From contig CAKOHG010000005.1 of NCBI GenBank assembly GCA_934085565.1, positions 25,509 through 89,508 of the forward strand: a stretch of 64,000 bases of DNA, in the 5' to 3' direction. Shown one piece after another: positions 38,318-47,702 of this stretch; position 1 is the first letter of the stretch, and each line of letters starts with the position of its first letter. The position numbers and the translations under genes were made by a program. Source of the DNA: an uncultured Bacilli bacterium. Its GTDB lineage: Bacteria; Bacillota_I; Bacilli_A; RF39; UBA660. The notes beneath the pieces were generated by a model. That model did no database searches. It worked only from the letters and a program-made list of their open reading frames with translations, and was not told the origin of the DNA.

Positions 38318-38611
38318 ATGCTTGATTTAAATGAAGAAGATTTGGCAAAACTACCAAGTGATAGAAAGGTAATGAAATTTATGAACGAAGTTAAGAAAGT
38401 AAATGAAGACCCAGAATTTTTTAGTTATATGACTAAGGAAGAAGATGAAGAAAAACGTCGTACTACTGAAATTAAAGAAGCAAAAAAAGAAAGAAATATT
38501 GAAGTTGCTGAAATAATGCTAAAAAAACACATTCCAATGAAAGATATTATAGAAATTACAGAATTAACAGAAGAAGAACTTAAAAAACTAAAAAATGAAA
38601 GTGTTGCTTAA
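38318..38611 (+). pseudogene. 3' fragment of a third Rpn-family copy (C-terminal 97 codons only)
   Basis: Begins MLDLNEEDLAKLPSDRKVMKFMNEVKK, corresponding to residue 180 or so of the full copies. It starts 3 nt after the copy-2 stop. Confidence 0.6.
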
Positions 38612-38625
38612 TTTAATCAAATTAG

Positions 38626-38704
38626 AATAAATCATTTAATGGTTTATTCTTTTTTATAAAAAAACGACACTATCTATATCTATTTAAATATAGGTAGTGC
38701 CACT
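38626..38704. terminator. convergent terminator pair between the Rpn array and the TetR gene
   Basis: AGAATAAA...TTTATTCT then TTTTTT on the plus strand. A CACTATCTATAT / ATATAGGTAGTG palindrome with an A-run serves the minus-strand TetR gene. Confidence 0.45.
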
Positions 38705-38709
38705 ATATA

Positions 38710-39279
38710 TTACATATCAATATTATTAGGAATGAGATAGTCTAAATAGTTAAGAATATCTTCCTTAGTATAGGGACTGTCTTTTTTTAAAAATTCTAAT
38801 GCTACATTAAAAACAGCACCGATGTAAAATTTAGCTAAAATATTAGCGGGTACTTTTTGAGTATCTTTTTTTTCTAATTCTTTTAAATGCATATTAACGT
38901 CATGATCTAAAACATCATAAATGATATCTACCATGATACTATTACGATTATTAATCATAATGGATAAATAAATATCCTTTTTGCTTTCTATATGATTCAA
39001 AAAAATAGAAATAAGATCGAGATAATACTCTTTTGTATTTGAAATATTATTATTAGCTTTTAATTCACTTATGAGAGAGTTTTTTAAACTTTGAATTGCA
39101 TCTGCCAAAAGATCGTATTTATCATTATAATGGGCATAAAAAGTAGAGCGATTAATCAAAGCTTTATTACAAATATCAGAAACTTTAATTTCTTCAAAAG
39201 TTTTTTCTTTCATAAGGTCGGTAAGTGTCTCAAATAAGGCATTTTTCGTCTTAATGACACGTAAATCATTTTTATTCAT
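38710..39279 (-). CDS. TetR/AcrR-family transcriptional regulator
   Basis: N-terminal HTH (EEIKVSDICNKALINRSTFYAHY). 189 aa. Divergent from the MMPL transporter gene. Confidence 0.8.
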   Translation of the reverse strand: MNKNDLRVIKTKNALFETLTDLMKEKTFEEIKVSDICNKALINRSTFYAHYNDKYDLLADAIQSLKNSLISELKANNNISNTKEYYLDLISIFLNHIESKKDIYLSIMINNRNSIMVDIIYDVLDHDVNMHLKELEKKDTQKVPANILAKFYIGAVFNVALEFLKKDSPYTKEDILNYLDYLIPNNIDM

Positions 39280-39461
39280 GCTTTCACCTCATGGATAATT
39301 ATACTAAAAAATAAACAAATGTAAAGATAAAGGACATAATGTAGTTTAAATATACATACATTTCGGACAAAGAGTCGGATAACATACAGCAATAAACTTA
39401 TGTCGGTGAAAAAAGAAAAGAAGAAGAATAAAATAGGTAAGCATGAAGGGAGTTATATATT

Positions 39462-42400
39462 ATGAAAAAGTTTGCTGAAAAAATTTGTGAACATAAAACT
39501 GGCATTCTTATTGTTTCTTTAATTCTTATGGTCTTTGCCTTTGCTGGCATGAAACTTACTGGTATTAATTATGATATCCTTGTTTATTTACCACAAGAAA
39601 TAGAAACCGTACAAGGTCAGGATATTTTAACAGATGAATTTGGTATGGGAGCTTATTCCGTAGTAATTTCAGAAAATCTAACAGGTCAAGCATTACTTAA
39701 CTTAGAAAAAGAATTTGAAAATATTGATGGTGTTAATAAAGTAATTAGTGCTTATGACCTTTTAGGAACGACCATTCCTATGGATATGTTACCTAGTGAA
39801 ATAACAGAAAAGTTACATCAAGATAATACCGATTTATTCTTTGTAACCTTTGAAGAATCAACATCCTCAACGAAAACATTAGACGCTATTTCACAAATGA
39901 AAGAGATTGCGAAAGACAAAGTCAAAATAGGCGGTATGAGTGCTATGGTTTTGGACACCATGGATTTATCGGATAAAGAAATCTTAGTTTATATTTGTAT
40001 TGCGGTTATTTTATGTCTTATTGTTCTTGAACTATCTTTGGATTCTTATTTTGTACCAGTGTTACTACTTGGTAATATTGGTATTGCTATTTTATTTAAT
40101 TTAGGAAGTAATATTATTTTTGGTAATATTTCCTATATTACAAAAGCTTTAGTAGCTGTTTTACAACTTGGTGTTACCACAGACTTTTCAATATTTTTGT
40201 ATCACGCTTATGAACATCAAAAAGAAAAGGGCTTAAAAAACAAGGAAGCTATGGTAGAAGCCATCATGGAAACATTTTCTTCCGTGACAGGAAGTAGTTT
40301 GACGACGATTGCAGGTTTCTTAGTTTTATGTACGATGAGCCTAACTTTAGGAAAAGACTTAGGTCTTGTAATGGCAAAAGGTGTTTTACTTGGCGTTGTT
40401 TGTGTTTTAACGGTATTTCCTAGTTTATTACTTACTTTTGATAAACTTATTACAAAGACAAAACATAAACCAGTTACCATTCATTTTGAAAAATTTAATG
40501 AATTTGTTGTAAAACATCATGTTATTATTTTTATCCTTTTTGTCTTACTTCTTGTACCTGCTTACTTAGCTAACAACAATGTAGAAGTTTATTACAAAAT
40601 TGATAAGAGCCTACCAGATACTCTAGAAAGTATCGTTGCTAATACCGAATTAAAAGAAAAATTCAATATCGTTTCCCCTGAAATTATTTTGGTGGATAAA
40701 GATATGAAAGCCGATGATATCAATGAAATGACGAGTGAAATTGAAAATATTTCTGGTGTTGATTTTGTTTTATCATTTGCTAAATTAAAAGAATATGGTT
40801 TAACAGAAAATATGTTACCAGAAGATATGGTTAAAGTTTTTGAAAGTGACAACTATCAAATGTTATTTTTAAACTCTACTTATGATATTGCCACGAACGA
40901 ATTAAATAACCAAGTAAATGAAATTAATACTATTATTAAAAAATATGATGAAAACGGTATTTTAGCTGGAGAAGGACCTTTAATGAAAGATCTTGTTCTA
41001 ACCAGTGATGAAGACTTTAAAAATGTTAATACTTCTTCTATTGTTTGTATTTTAATCATTATGATGTTTGTTTTAAAATCTTTATCTTTACCAATTTTAC
41101 TTATTCTAGCTATAGAATTTGCTATTTTCCTTAATATGTCTGCTTCATATTTTGGCGGTGTCGTTTTACCATTTGTTGCTCCAATCGTTCTTGGAACTAT
41201 CCAACTAGGTGCGACGATTGACTACGCTATCTTACTTACAACAAATTATTTAAAGGGAAGAAGTGCCGGTAAAGATAAAAAGGATGCTATGACAGAATCT
41301 ATGAATTATTGTGCCAATTCCATTTTTGTAAGTGGTATGTGCTTCTTTGCAGCCACATTTGGGGTTGGTGTCTACTCAGAACTTGAAATGGTAGGTTCCT
41401 TATGTACCCTTATTTCTAGAGGAGCTATTATAAGTATGCTTGTTGTTTTAACTGTTTTACCATCTATTTTACTTATATTTGATCCTATTATTATGAAAAC
41501 AACAATTTTAAAGAAAAGAGGAAAAAGTATGAAAAAAAATGAAAAAAAATTAGCAGCAGCCCTTTTAGTATTAAGTTTTGTTTTACCATATAATGTTTTT
41601 GCTCTTCAAAAAGAAGAAACGGTTTATACAAAATTAAATACCGATGGCTCTGTAAAATCTACTTTTGTTACTAATCATTTAATCAATGAAGATAAATTAG
41701 AAACCATTGAGGATTATTCTAATCTTGAAAATATTATCAATATAAATAGTAATATTCCTTATACACGTAATGCAGAATTATTAACTTGGAATGCCGGTGG
41801 AAAAGATATCTTTTATCAAGGTTCTTTAAATAAGCAAATTCCGGTTTCTCAAAATATTACTTATACTTTAGATGGAGAAGCTATTTCTCTTAAAGATTTA
41901 ATTGGTAAAAAAGGAAAAGTAGAAATTACGATTAAGTATCAAAATAACGATAAAAAAATTGTCAATGTAAGTGGTACAAATACGACTTTATATACACCAT
42001 TTGTTGTCACAACCGCGACGATTTTATCTAATACTGAAAATACAAATATTAAAATTACCAATGGTAAAGTTATTAACAATGGTACAAAAAGTATTGTGGT
42101 TGGTTTATCTTCACCTGGTCTATATGAAAGTTTAAATATGGATACCTTTAAAGATTTAGATACTGTAAAACTTTCTTTTGAAACTGAGAAATTTGAACTT
42201 GCTAGTATTTATTCTGTAATAACTCCTAAATTACTTGATAGTGATGACTTAAGTGTTTTTGATGAATTAAAAGGACTTTATAAAAGTGTTGATACTTTAC
42301 AAGCGAGTATGAATCAAATTGAAGATGGCTCTAAAAATGTTTTAAGTGGTTTAAACACAGTTTCTAGTGGTGCTTCTTTAGTTAGCGAAAACTTAAATAA

Positions 42401-43238
42401 TGTTTTAAGTAAATTAGAACAAATTAAAAATGGCACCGCAGATGTCAGTGATGGTTTAAAACAAATTTTAGCGGAATTACAAAAGGCGAGTGGTTCTTTA
42501 ACGAGTAAAGAAACCCAAGATAAAGTAAATCAAATCAAAACTTTAATGGCTACAAATACTAAAACCATCGAAAATCTAACCGCAGGAAATCAAAAATTAA
42601 AAGAAGCTTATGAAACGGCTGGCTTAAAAGATATAACATATGTGGAACTTGCCAAGAAGGATTTAAAACTTTACGATGTAAAATATCAATATGAAAATAC
42701 TTACAGCACTAATGAAAGTTTAATAACTCTTTTAACAACAAATAATGGTGCTTTATCATCTACCTTAGAAACAATGGATGCGACTACGAAGAAGATTAAT
42801 GACATGTTAACAACCTTAACAACCGCTTTAACAGAAGCTTCAAATGGCGCGGATACATTAAAAGATGGAACATCTTTATTAACAGAAGGTGTTAATGTAT
42901 TAAACACTAAAATGAAAGAATTATCAGCAGGCACGACTACTTTAAAAGATGGTATGACAACCCTTGATTCAGGAATTAAAACCTTTAATAAAGAAGGAAT
43001 AAATACGTTAAGTTCTTATACAAATAACGCGAAAGTAGTCACAAATAAAGTAGAAGCTTTAGTAGAGTTAAGTGAAGATTATCAAATATTTACGATGAAA
43101 AAAGATGATACCGTAGCTAGTACAAAATTTATCCAAGTATTAGATGGTGTAAAAACACCTAAAGAGGAAGAAAATACCCAAACAGAAACGAAAAAAGAAA
43201 GTTTGTGGGAAAAATTCGTTAATTTATTTAGAAGATAA
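39462..43238 (+). CDS. MMPL-family transporter fused in frame to a YhgE/Pip-like extracytoplasmic coiled-coil domain (1258 aa ORF)
   Basis: The N-terminal 689 aa form two MMPL halves with 12 TM. At 41529 there is an internal AAGAGGA-N6-ATG followed by signal-peptide-like MKKNEKKLAAALLVLSFVLPYNVFA. The C-terminal 570 aa carry YhgE/Pip-type repeats (LKDGTSLLTEGVNVLNTKMKELSAGTTTLKDG). Confidence 0.7.
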   Translation: MKKFAEKICEHKTGILIVSLILMVFAFAGMKLTGINYDILVYLPQEIETVQGQDILTDEFGMGAYSVVISENLTGQALLNLEKEFENIDGVNKVISAYDLLGTTIPMDMLPSEITEKLHQDNTDLFFVTFEESTSSTKTLDAISQMKEIAKDKVKIGGMSAMVLDTMDLSDKEILVYICIAVILCLIVLELSLDSYFVPVLLLGNIGIAILFNLGSNIIFGNISYITKALVAVLQLGVTTDFSIFLYHAYEHQKEKGLKNKEAMVEAIMETFSSVTGSSLTTIAGFLVLCTMSLTLGKDLGLVMAKGVLLGVVCVLTVFPSLLLTFDKLITKTKHKPVTIHFEKFNEFVVKHHVIIFILFVLLLVPAYLANNNVEVYYKIDKSLPDTLESIVANTELKEKFNIVSPEIILVDKDMKADDINEMTSEIENISGVDFVLSFAKLKEYGLTENMLPEDMVKVFESDNYQMLFLNSTYDIATNELNNQVNEINTIIKKYDENGILAGEGPLMKDLVLTSDEDFKNVNTSSIVCILIIMMFVLKSLSLPILLILAIEFAIFLNMSASYFGGVVLPFVAPIVLGTIQLGATIDYAILLTTNYLKGRSAGKDKKDAMTESMNYCANSIFVSGMCFFAATFGVGVYSELEMVGSLCTLISRGAIISMLVVLTVLPSILLIFDPIIMKTTILKKRGKSMKKNEKKLAAALLVLSFVLPYNVFALQKEETVYTKLNTDGSVKSTFVTNHLINEDKLETIEDYSNLENIININSNIPYTRNAELLTWNAGGKDIFYQGSLNKQIPVSQNITYTLDGEAISLKDLIGKKGKVEITIKYQNNDKKIVNVSGTNTTLYTPFVVTTATILSNTENTNIKITNGKVINNGTKSIVVGLSSPGLYESLNMDTFKDLDTVKLSFETEKFELASIYSVITPKLLDSDDLSVFDELKGLYKSVDTLQASMNQIEDGSKNVLSGLNTVSSGASLVSENLNNVLSKLEQIKNGTADVSDGLKQILAELQKASGSLTSKETQDKVNQIKTLMATNTKTIENLTAGNQKLKEAYETAGLKDITYVELAKKDLKLYDVKYQYENTYSTNESLITLLTTNNGALSSTLETMDATTKKINDMLTTLTTALTEASNGADTLKDGTSLLTEGVNVLNTKMKELSAGTTTLKDGMTTLDSGIKTFNKEGINTLSSYTNNAKVVTNKVEALVELSEDYQIFTMKKDDTVASTKFIQVLDGVKTPKEEENTQTETKKESLWEKFVNLFRR

Positions 43239-43288
43239 GATAAAAAAGTCTTATCTTTTCTTTTTGGCATAATATATTAAAGATAGGC

Positions 43289-43342
43289 TTGACAATTGAA
43301 CGAATATTCAACTATAATGAATTTAGTTGAAAGAGTATTCAA
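43289..43342 (+). promoter_or_regulatory. cadC promoter (TTGACA-18-TATAAT) with two ArsR/CadC-type operator inverted repeats TTGAA-N6-TTCAA
   Basis: Operator 1 TTGAACGAATATTCAA lies in the spacer at 43296-43311. Operator 2 TTGAAAGAGTATTCAA lies at 43327-43342, between the -10 and the RBS. Confidence 0.55.
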
Positions 43343-43358
43343 CCAAAGGAGGCATGTT

Positions 43359-43742
43359 ATGTCGAAAGAAAAAAAATTTACGAATCAATCTTGTGATTGT
43401 AATGTTATTCATAAAGAAGCGGTTTTAATCGCTTTACAAAATAAACCTCAAAAAGAGGAATTAGAAAGTTTATCGGTTCTTTTTAAAATATTAGGAGAGA
43501 AGACAAGAATTAATATTTTATGGGCTTTAGATAATCATGAAATGTGTGTGTGTGATATTGCCAATGCTCTTGACATGACCAAATCATCTATTTCTCATCA
43601 ACTGGCTATTTTAAGAGAAAATGGCATTGTTCGTTCAAGAAAAGAAGGTAAAGAAGTGTATTACACTTTAGATGACGAACATATTAAAAAACTCTATGAA
43701 ATAGGATTGGAGCATATATTACACAGAAAGGAAAATGAATAA
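43359..43742 (+). CDS. cadC: ArsR/SmtB-family metalloregulator (CadC-like)
   Basis: N-terminal Cys pair (SCDCNV) and the CVCD metal site in the HTH region (HEMCVCDIANAL). RBS AGGAGG before the ATG at 43359. Confidence 0.8.
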   Translation: MSKEKKFTNQSCDCNVIHKEAVLIALQNKPQKEELESLSVLFKILGEKTRINILWALDNHEMCVCDIANALDMTKSSISHQLAILRENGIVRSRKEGKEVYYTLDDEHIKKLYEIGLEHILHRKENE

Positions 43743-45792
43743 AATGGGAAAATATAAGTATCATATTAACAATTTAGATTGTGCCAATTGTGCCAGAGAA
43801 ATTGAAGAAATGTTAAATAAAAATGAAAATTTTAATAATGCTTCTGTCAATTTTAATACTTGTAAAGTGTCTTTTGAATCTAAGAAAAATTATAGTTTAG
43901 AAGAACTAAACGAATTAATTAAAAAAGTAGAGCCGGATGCCTTTTTAACAGAAGAAGAAATAGAAGAGAAAAAAGAATATCATTTAAGTATTTTATTAAT
44001 GGCTATTCTTTTAGGTTTTATTTCTTATCTATGTCCATTACCAAGATTCTTAAAAGTAATTTTCTATATCATAAGTTATACGCTTTTACTTTATAAAACA
44101 ACTCTCAATGCTATTAAAATGTTAATCAAAGGACAAGGTGTTAACGAAAATGCTTTAATAAGTATTTCATGTCTTGGTGCTTTATTTACGGGTAACATCT
44201 TAGAAGGTATGATGGTCATTTTCTTATATACGATTGGTAAAATTTTAGAAGAAAAAGCTATTCATAATTCTCGTAAATCTATTAAGGAATTATTAGATAT
44301 TAAATCAGTCGTTGCCAATAAAAAAGTTAAAGATGAAATTATCGAAATTCCGGTGGAAGAAGTCGAACTTAAAGATATATTATTAGTCAAAAAAGGAGAA
44401 AGAATACCCGTTGATGGGGTCATTGTTAAGGGCAGTAGCTTCCTTGATACCTCAGCCTTGACGGGGGAAAGCGATAAAATAAAAGTTTCTTTGGGCGATG
44501 AAGTTTTATCAGGAAGTATTAATACTGAGGACGTATTAGAAATAGAAGCAACTTCTTTATATGAAAATTCAACCGTGGCGAAAATTTTAGATTTATTAGA
44601 AAGTGCGACCGATAAAAAAGCTAAAACAGAAACAATTGTTTCTAAAATAAGTAAGATTTATACCCCTCTTGTGATGATTTTAGCTCTTGTTATTACCGTA
44701 ATTTTACCTTTTGCCTTTAACATTCCTTTCACGGATAGTCTTTATCGAGGACTTACTTTCTTAGTTATTTCTTGTCCATGTGCGATAGCTATCTCCGTCC
44801 CACTTTCTTATTTTACCGCCATCGGTGTGGCAAGCAAAAAAGGTATCCTTATTAAAGGAAGCAACTATCTAGATAATTTAGGTAATGTTAAAAATATTAT
44901 TTTTGATAAAACAGGAACACTTACGAATGGTAGTTTTCAAGTTTCAAAAATTATTATTACCGATGATAATTTAAAAGACAAATATACTATGGATGAAATC
45001 ATTGATATCTTAATCAAGGGAGAATCTTTTTCTAATCATCCCATTGCTAGATCTATTTTAAAATTAAAAGACATTAAAGTGGATAACCAAGATGTTAAAG
45101 ATTTTAAAGAAATAACAGGTAAGGGAATATCCTTTACATTAAATGGTAAAAAAATATTGATTGGCAATAATAAGTTATGTCATTGTGATTCTTCTGCTTC
45201 TTTACATTTAAATATTGATGGAGAACATGTGGCTTCTATCATGATTGATGATGGTATTAAAAAAGAAGCGGAAGGTGTCATTGCGAAACTAAAAAGTTAT
45301 GGCATTAAAACACATATGTTTACCGGAGATAAAAAAGAAGTAGCTTTAGATATTGGTCATAAATTAGGAATTGATGAAATCAAATATGAAATGCTCCCAA
45401 CGGATAAATTTGAAAGTTTTGAACGGGTAAGTAAAAATAATGAAATTACTATATTCGTGGGAGATGGCATAAATGATGCGCCCGTTTTAAAAAGAGCCGA
45501 TATTGGTATTTCAATGGGTGGTGTTGGAACCGATAGTGCTATTGAAGCCAGTGATATTGTTTTAATGAGTGATGATTTAACTAAAATTACGGAAGCCATT
45601 GATATATCAAAATACACCAAAAAAGTGATTAAACAAAATTTAACGTTTGCTATGTTAGTAAAAATAAGTATTTTACTATTAAGTGTTTTTGGACTTGCTA
45701 ATATGTGGTTTGCTGTCTTTGCAGATACAGGTGTTACATTACTTACTATTTTAAATAGTTTAAAAATTATGAAAAAATTTAATAGAAAATAA
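43735..45792 (+). CDS. cadA: heavy-metal (Cd/Zn/Pb) translocating P1B-type ATPase
   Basis: HMA CANC motif, CPC (SCPCAIAIS), DKTGTLT phosphorylation site, GDGINDAP. The start overlaps the cadC stop (ATGAATAA). Confidence 0.9.
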   Translation: MNKMGKYKYHINNLDCANCAREIEEMLNKNENFNNASVNFNTCKVSFESKKNYSLEELNELIKKVEPDAFLTEEEIEEKKEYHLSILLMAILLGFISYLCPLPRFLKVIFYIISYTLLLYKTTLNAIKMLIKGQGVNENALISISCLGALFTGNILEGMMVIFLYTIGKILEEKAIHNSRKSIKELLDIKSVVANKKVKDEIIEIPVEEVELKDILLVKKGERIPVDGVIVKGSSFLDTSALTGESDKIKVSLGDEVLSGSINTEDVLEIEATSLYENSTVAKILDLLESATDKKAKTETIVSKISKIYTPLVMILALVITVILPFAFNIPFTDSLYRGLTFLVISCPCAIAISVPLSYFTAIGVASKKGILIKGSNYLDNLGNVKNIIFDKTGTLTNGSFQVSKIIITDDNLKDKYTMDEIIDILIKGESFSNHPIARSILKLKDIKVDNQDVKDFKEITGKGISFTLNGKKILIGNNKLCHCDSSASLHLNIDGEHVASIMIDDGIKKEAEGVIAKLKSYGIKTHMFTGDKKEVALDIGHKLGIDEIKYEMLPTDKFESFERVSKNNEITIFVGDGINDAPVLKRADIGISMGGVGTDSAIEASDIVLMSDDLTKITEAIDISKYTKKVIKQNLTFAMLVKISILLLSVFGLANMWFAVFADTGVTLLTILNSLKIMKKFNRK

Positions 45793-45807
45793 CTATGACA
45801 AGTATAG

Positions 45808-45840
45808 AGAGGAGAAAAAGTTCTCCTTTTTATTATTTTA
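45808..45840 (+). terminator. rho-independent terminator after cadA
   Basis: AGGAGAA aaag TTCTCCT followed by TTTTATTATTTT. Confidence 0.6.
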
Positions 45841-45929
45841 CAAAAAAAGTATATTGTTGTGTTATAACCAAATGAAAAAAGGTTGGTAAAAAAGTATTAA
45901 AATGTTAAAATTTTAAGTGAGGTGATTAA

Positions 45930-47660
45930 GTGAAAGAGTTTATAAAAAATATTAAATTTGTGTGGAAATACGCTAAAAGTGAAAAAGGCAAAATTATTAC
46001 TTATTTTCTATTAAGTATTTTTAGCATTGTTGTTAGTATTGTTTTTCCTTTTCTAGCGGCCAGACAAATTGTTTTGTTAACAAGTGAAAGTATAAAGCAA
46101 TTTTTTTATACCTCATTAGTTATTCTTATCGGTGCTTTTATTGCCGATAATTTGGATTATTTTAAGAGTAAATTATATCAAAAAATATTTAGACAAATTT
46201 ATATAAATATTCAATCTGATTTGGGTGCGGAAATATTGAAACTTAGCAATCAGACTTTAGAAGAAAATGGTTCAGGAATATTTATTCAAAGACTCATTGG
46301 AGATACGAAAAGCATTTCAACTATTTTTACCGATTTAAATAAATATATTAATGGTATTATTTCAAATGTTGGTGTGTTAATAACTTATTTTGTATTAAGT
46401 AAACCTGTATTTATTTTTGTTTTAATTGCTTTTTCTATTCGTATGGTAATCGAAGTCTCAAGAATAAATACTTACAATAAAAATAATAAGAATTATAAAA
46501 AAAGTAACGATGCGATGACAAGTTTTACAGGTGAAATTGTAAGAGGTGCCGAAGATATAAAAATGCTAAATGGAGAAGAGAGTTTTTTAAGTGAACTAAG
46601 AAATCGCTTTGAAAAATTGAATGTCGAAAAATATAATATGGAAAATGTTAATTTAACTTTTCTAATTGTTCGTTGGTATTGGGCTGAAACTTCTCTTTTT
46701 ATCATAACCTGTATTATAGGTATTTCTGTTTTAAAGGGTACGATTGCTGTCGCGACAGGAGTTGTCTTATTTAATTTTGGTAATCGATATAACAGTTTAG
46801 TTCAAAATATTACAGGTTTTCATGAATTAATCAAAAAATTCAATTTATCAGCTACAAGAATATTTGATATTTTTGAAGATAAAAAGTATGTTAAAGAAAC
46901 TTTTGGAGATAAACATTTAGACAAAGTAGAGGGTAACTTTGAATTTAAAAATGTTAGTTTTAAATATAAAGAAAATAATGTTTTAAAACATTTGAACTTT
47001 AAAGTAAATGCGAATGAAACTGTAGCTTTTGTCGGTAAAAGTGGTGCAGGTAAAACAACTATTTTTAACCTTCTTTGCAAAATGTACGATAATTATGAGG
47101 GAAAAATTACTATTGATGGAGTAGATATAAAAAAGTTAGATAAAGATTCTATACGAGGAAATATTACGATTGTTAGTCAAAATCCTTATATATTTAATAT
47201 GAGTATTAAAGATAATTTAAAATTAGTCAAAAAAGATTTAACAGAAGAAGAGATGATTGAAGCTTGCCATTTAGCGGCTCTTGATGATTTTATTGAATCA
47301 TTGCCCTTAAAATATGACACTATTGTCGGTGAAGGGGGAATAACTTTATCAGGTGGTCAAAAACAACGTTTAGCTATTGCTAGAGCTTTTGTTCAAAAAA
47401 CAGAAATTATCCTTTTTGATGAAGCTACATCAGCCCTTGATAATGAAACTCAAGCTAAAATTCAACAAGCTATCGATAATCTTCAACAAGAGTATACGAT
47501 TTTAATTATTGCTCATCGTCTATCAACTGTCAAAAATTCAGACCGTATATTAATGCTTGAAGACGGTCATATAATTGCCGAAGGAAAGCATAATGAACTT
47601 ATTAAAAATTGTAAATCATATAAAGAATTATATGAAACAGAAATTTCTAAAGTAAATTAA
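45930..47660 (+). CDS. ABC exporter, fused permease/ATPase half-transporter
   Basis: Six TM, Walker A GKSGAGKTT, signature LSGGQKQR, Walker B ILFDEATSALD. GTG start behind GAGGTGA. Confidence 0.85.
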   Translation: MKEFIKNIKFVWKYAKSEKGKIITYFLLSIFSIVVSIVFPFLAARQIVLLTSESIKQFFYTSLVILIGAFIADNLDYFKSKLYQKIFRQIYINIQSDLGAEILKLSNQTLEENGSGIFIQRLIGDTKSISTIFTDLNKYINGIISNVGVLITYFVLSKPVFIFVLIAFSIRMVIEVSRINTYNKNNKNYKKSNDAMTSFTGEIVRGAEDIKMLNGEESFLSELRNRFEKLNVEKYNMENVNLTFLIVRWYWAETSLFIITCIIGISVLKGTIAVATGVVLFNFGNRYNSLVQNITGFHELIKKFNLSATRIFDIFEDKKYVKETFGDKHLDKVEGNFEFKNVSFKYKENNVLKHLNFKVNANETVAFVGKSGAGKTTIFNLLCKMYDNYEGKITIDGVDIKKLDKDSIRGNITIVSQNPYIFNMSIKDNLKLVKKDLTEEEMIEACHLAALDDFIESLPLKYDTIVGEGGITLSGGQKQRLAIARAFVQKTEIILFDEATSALDNETQAKIQQAIDNLQQEYTILIIAHRLSTVKNSDRILMLEDGHIIAEGKHNELIKNCKSYKELYETEISKVN

Positions 47661-47702
47661 AAAAAGAACCTAATTTTTCTTTTTGAGAAAAGGTCCTTTT
47701 TT

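Larger units (their letters stand above)
36350..38611 (+). repeat. about 991-bp tandem direct duplication (two full units plus a partial third) carrying Rpn-family genes
   Basis: Unit 1 is about 36350-37340. Unit 2 is about 37341-38316, nearly identical including promoter element, hairpin, RBS and CDS. A third partial unit from 38315 matches the internal 3' portion (37008 onward). Confidence 0.8.

Noticed and set aside
40217-43270. Minus-strand ORFs 40217-40480, 40592-40852, 42701-42934 and 43082-43270
   Set aside because: Antisense within the MMPL/YhgE ORF.
45357-47080. Minus-strand ORFs 45357-45620, 46493-46705 and 46820-47080
   Set aside because: Antisense within cadA and the ABC exporter gene.
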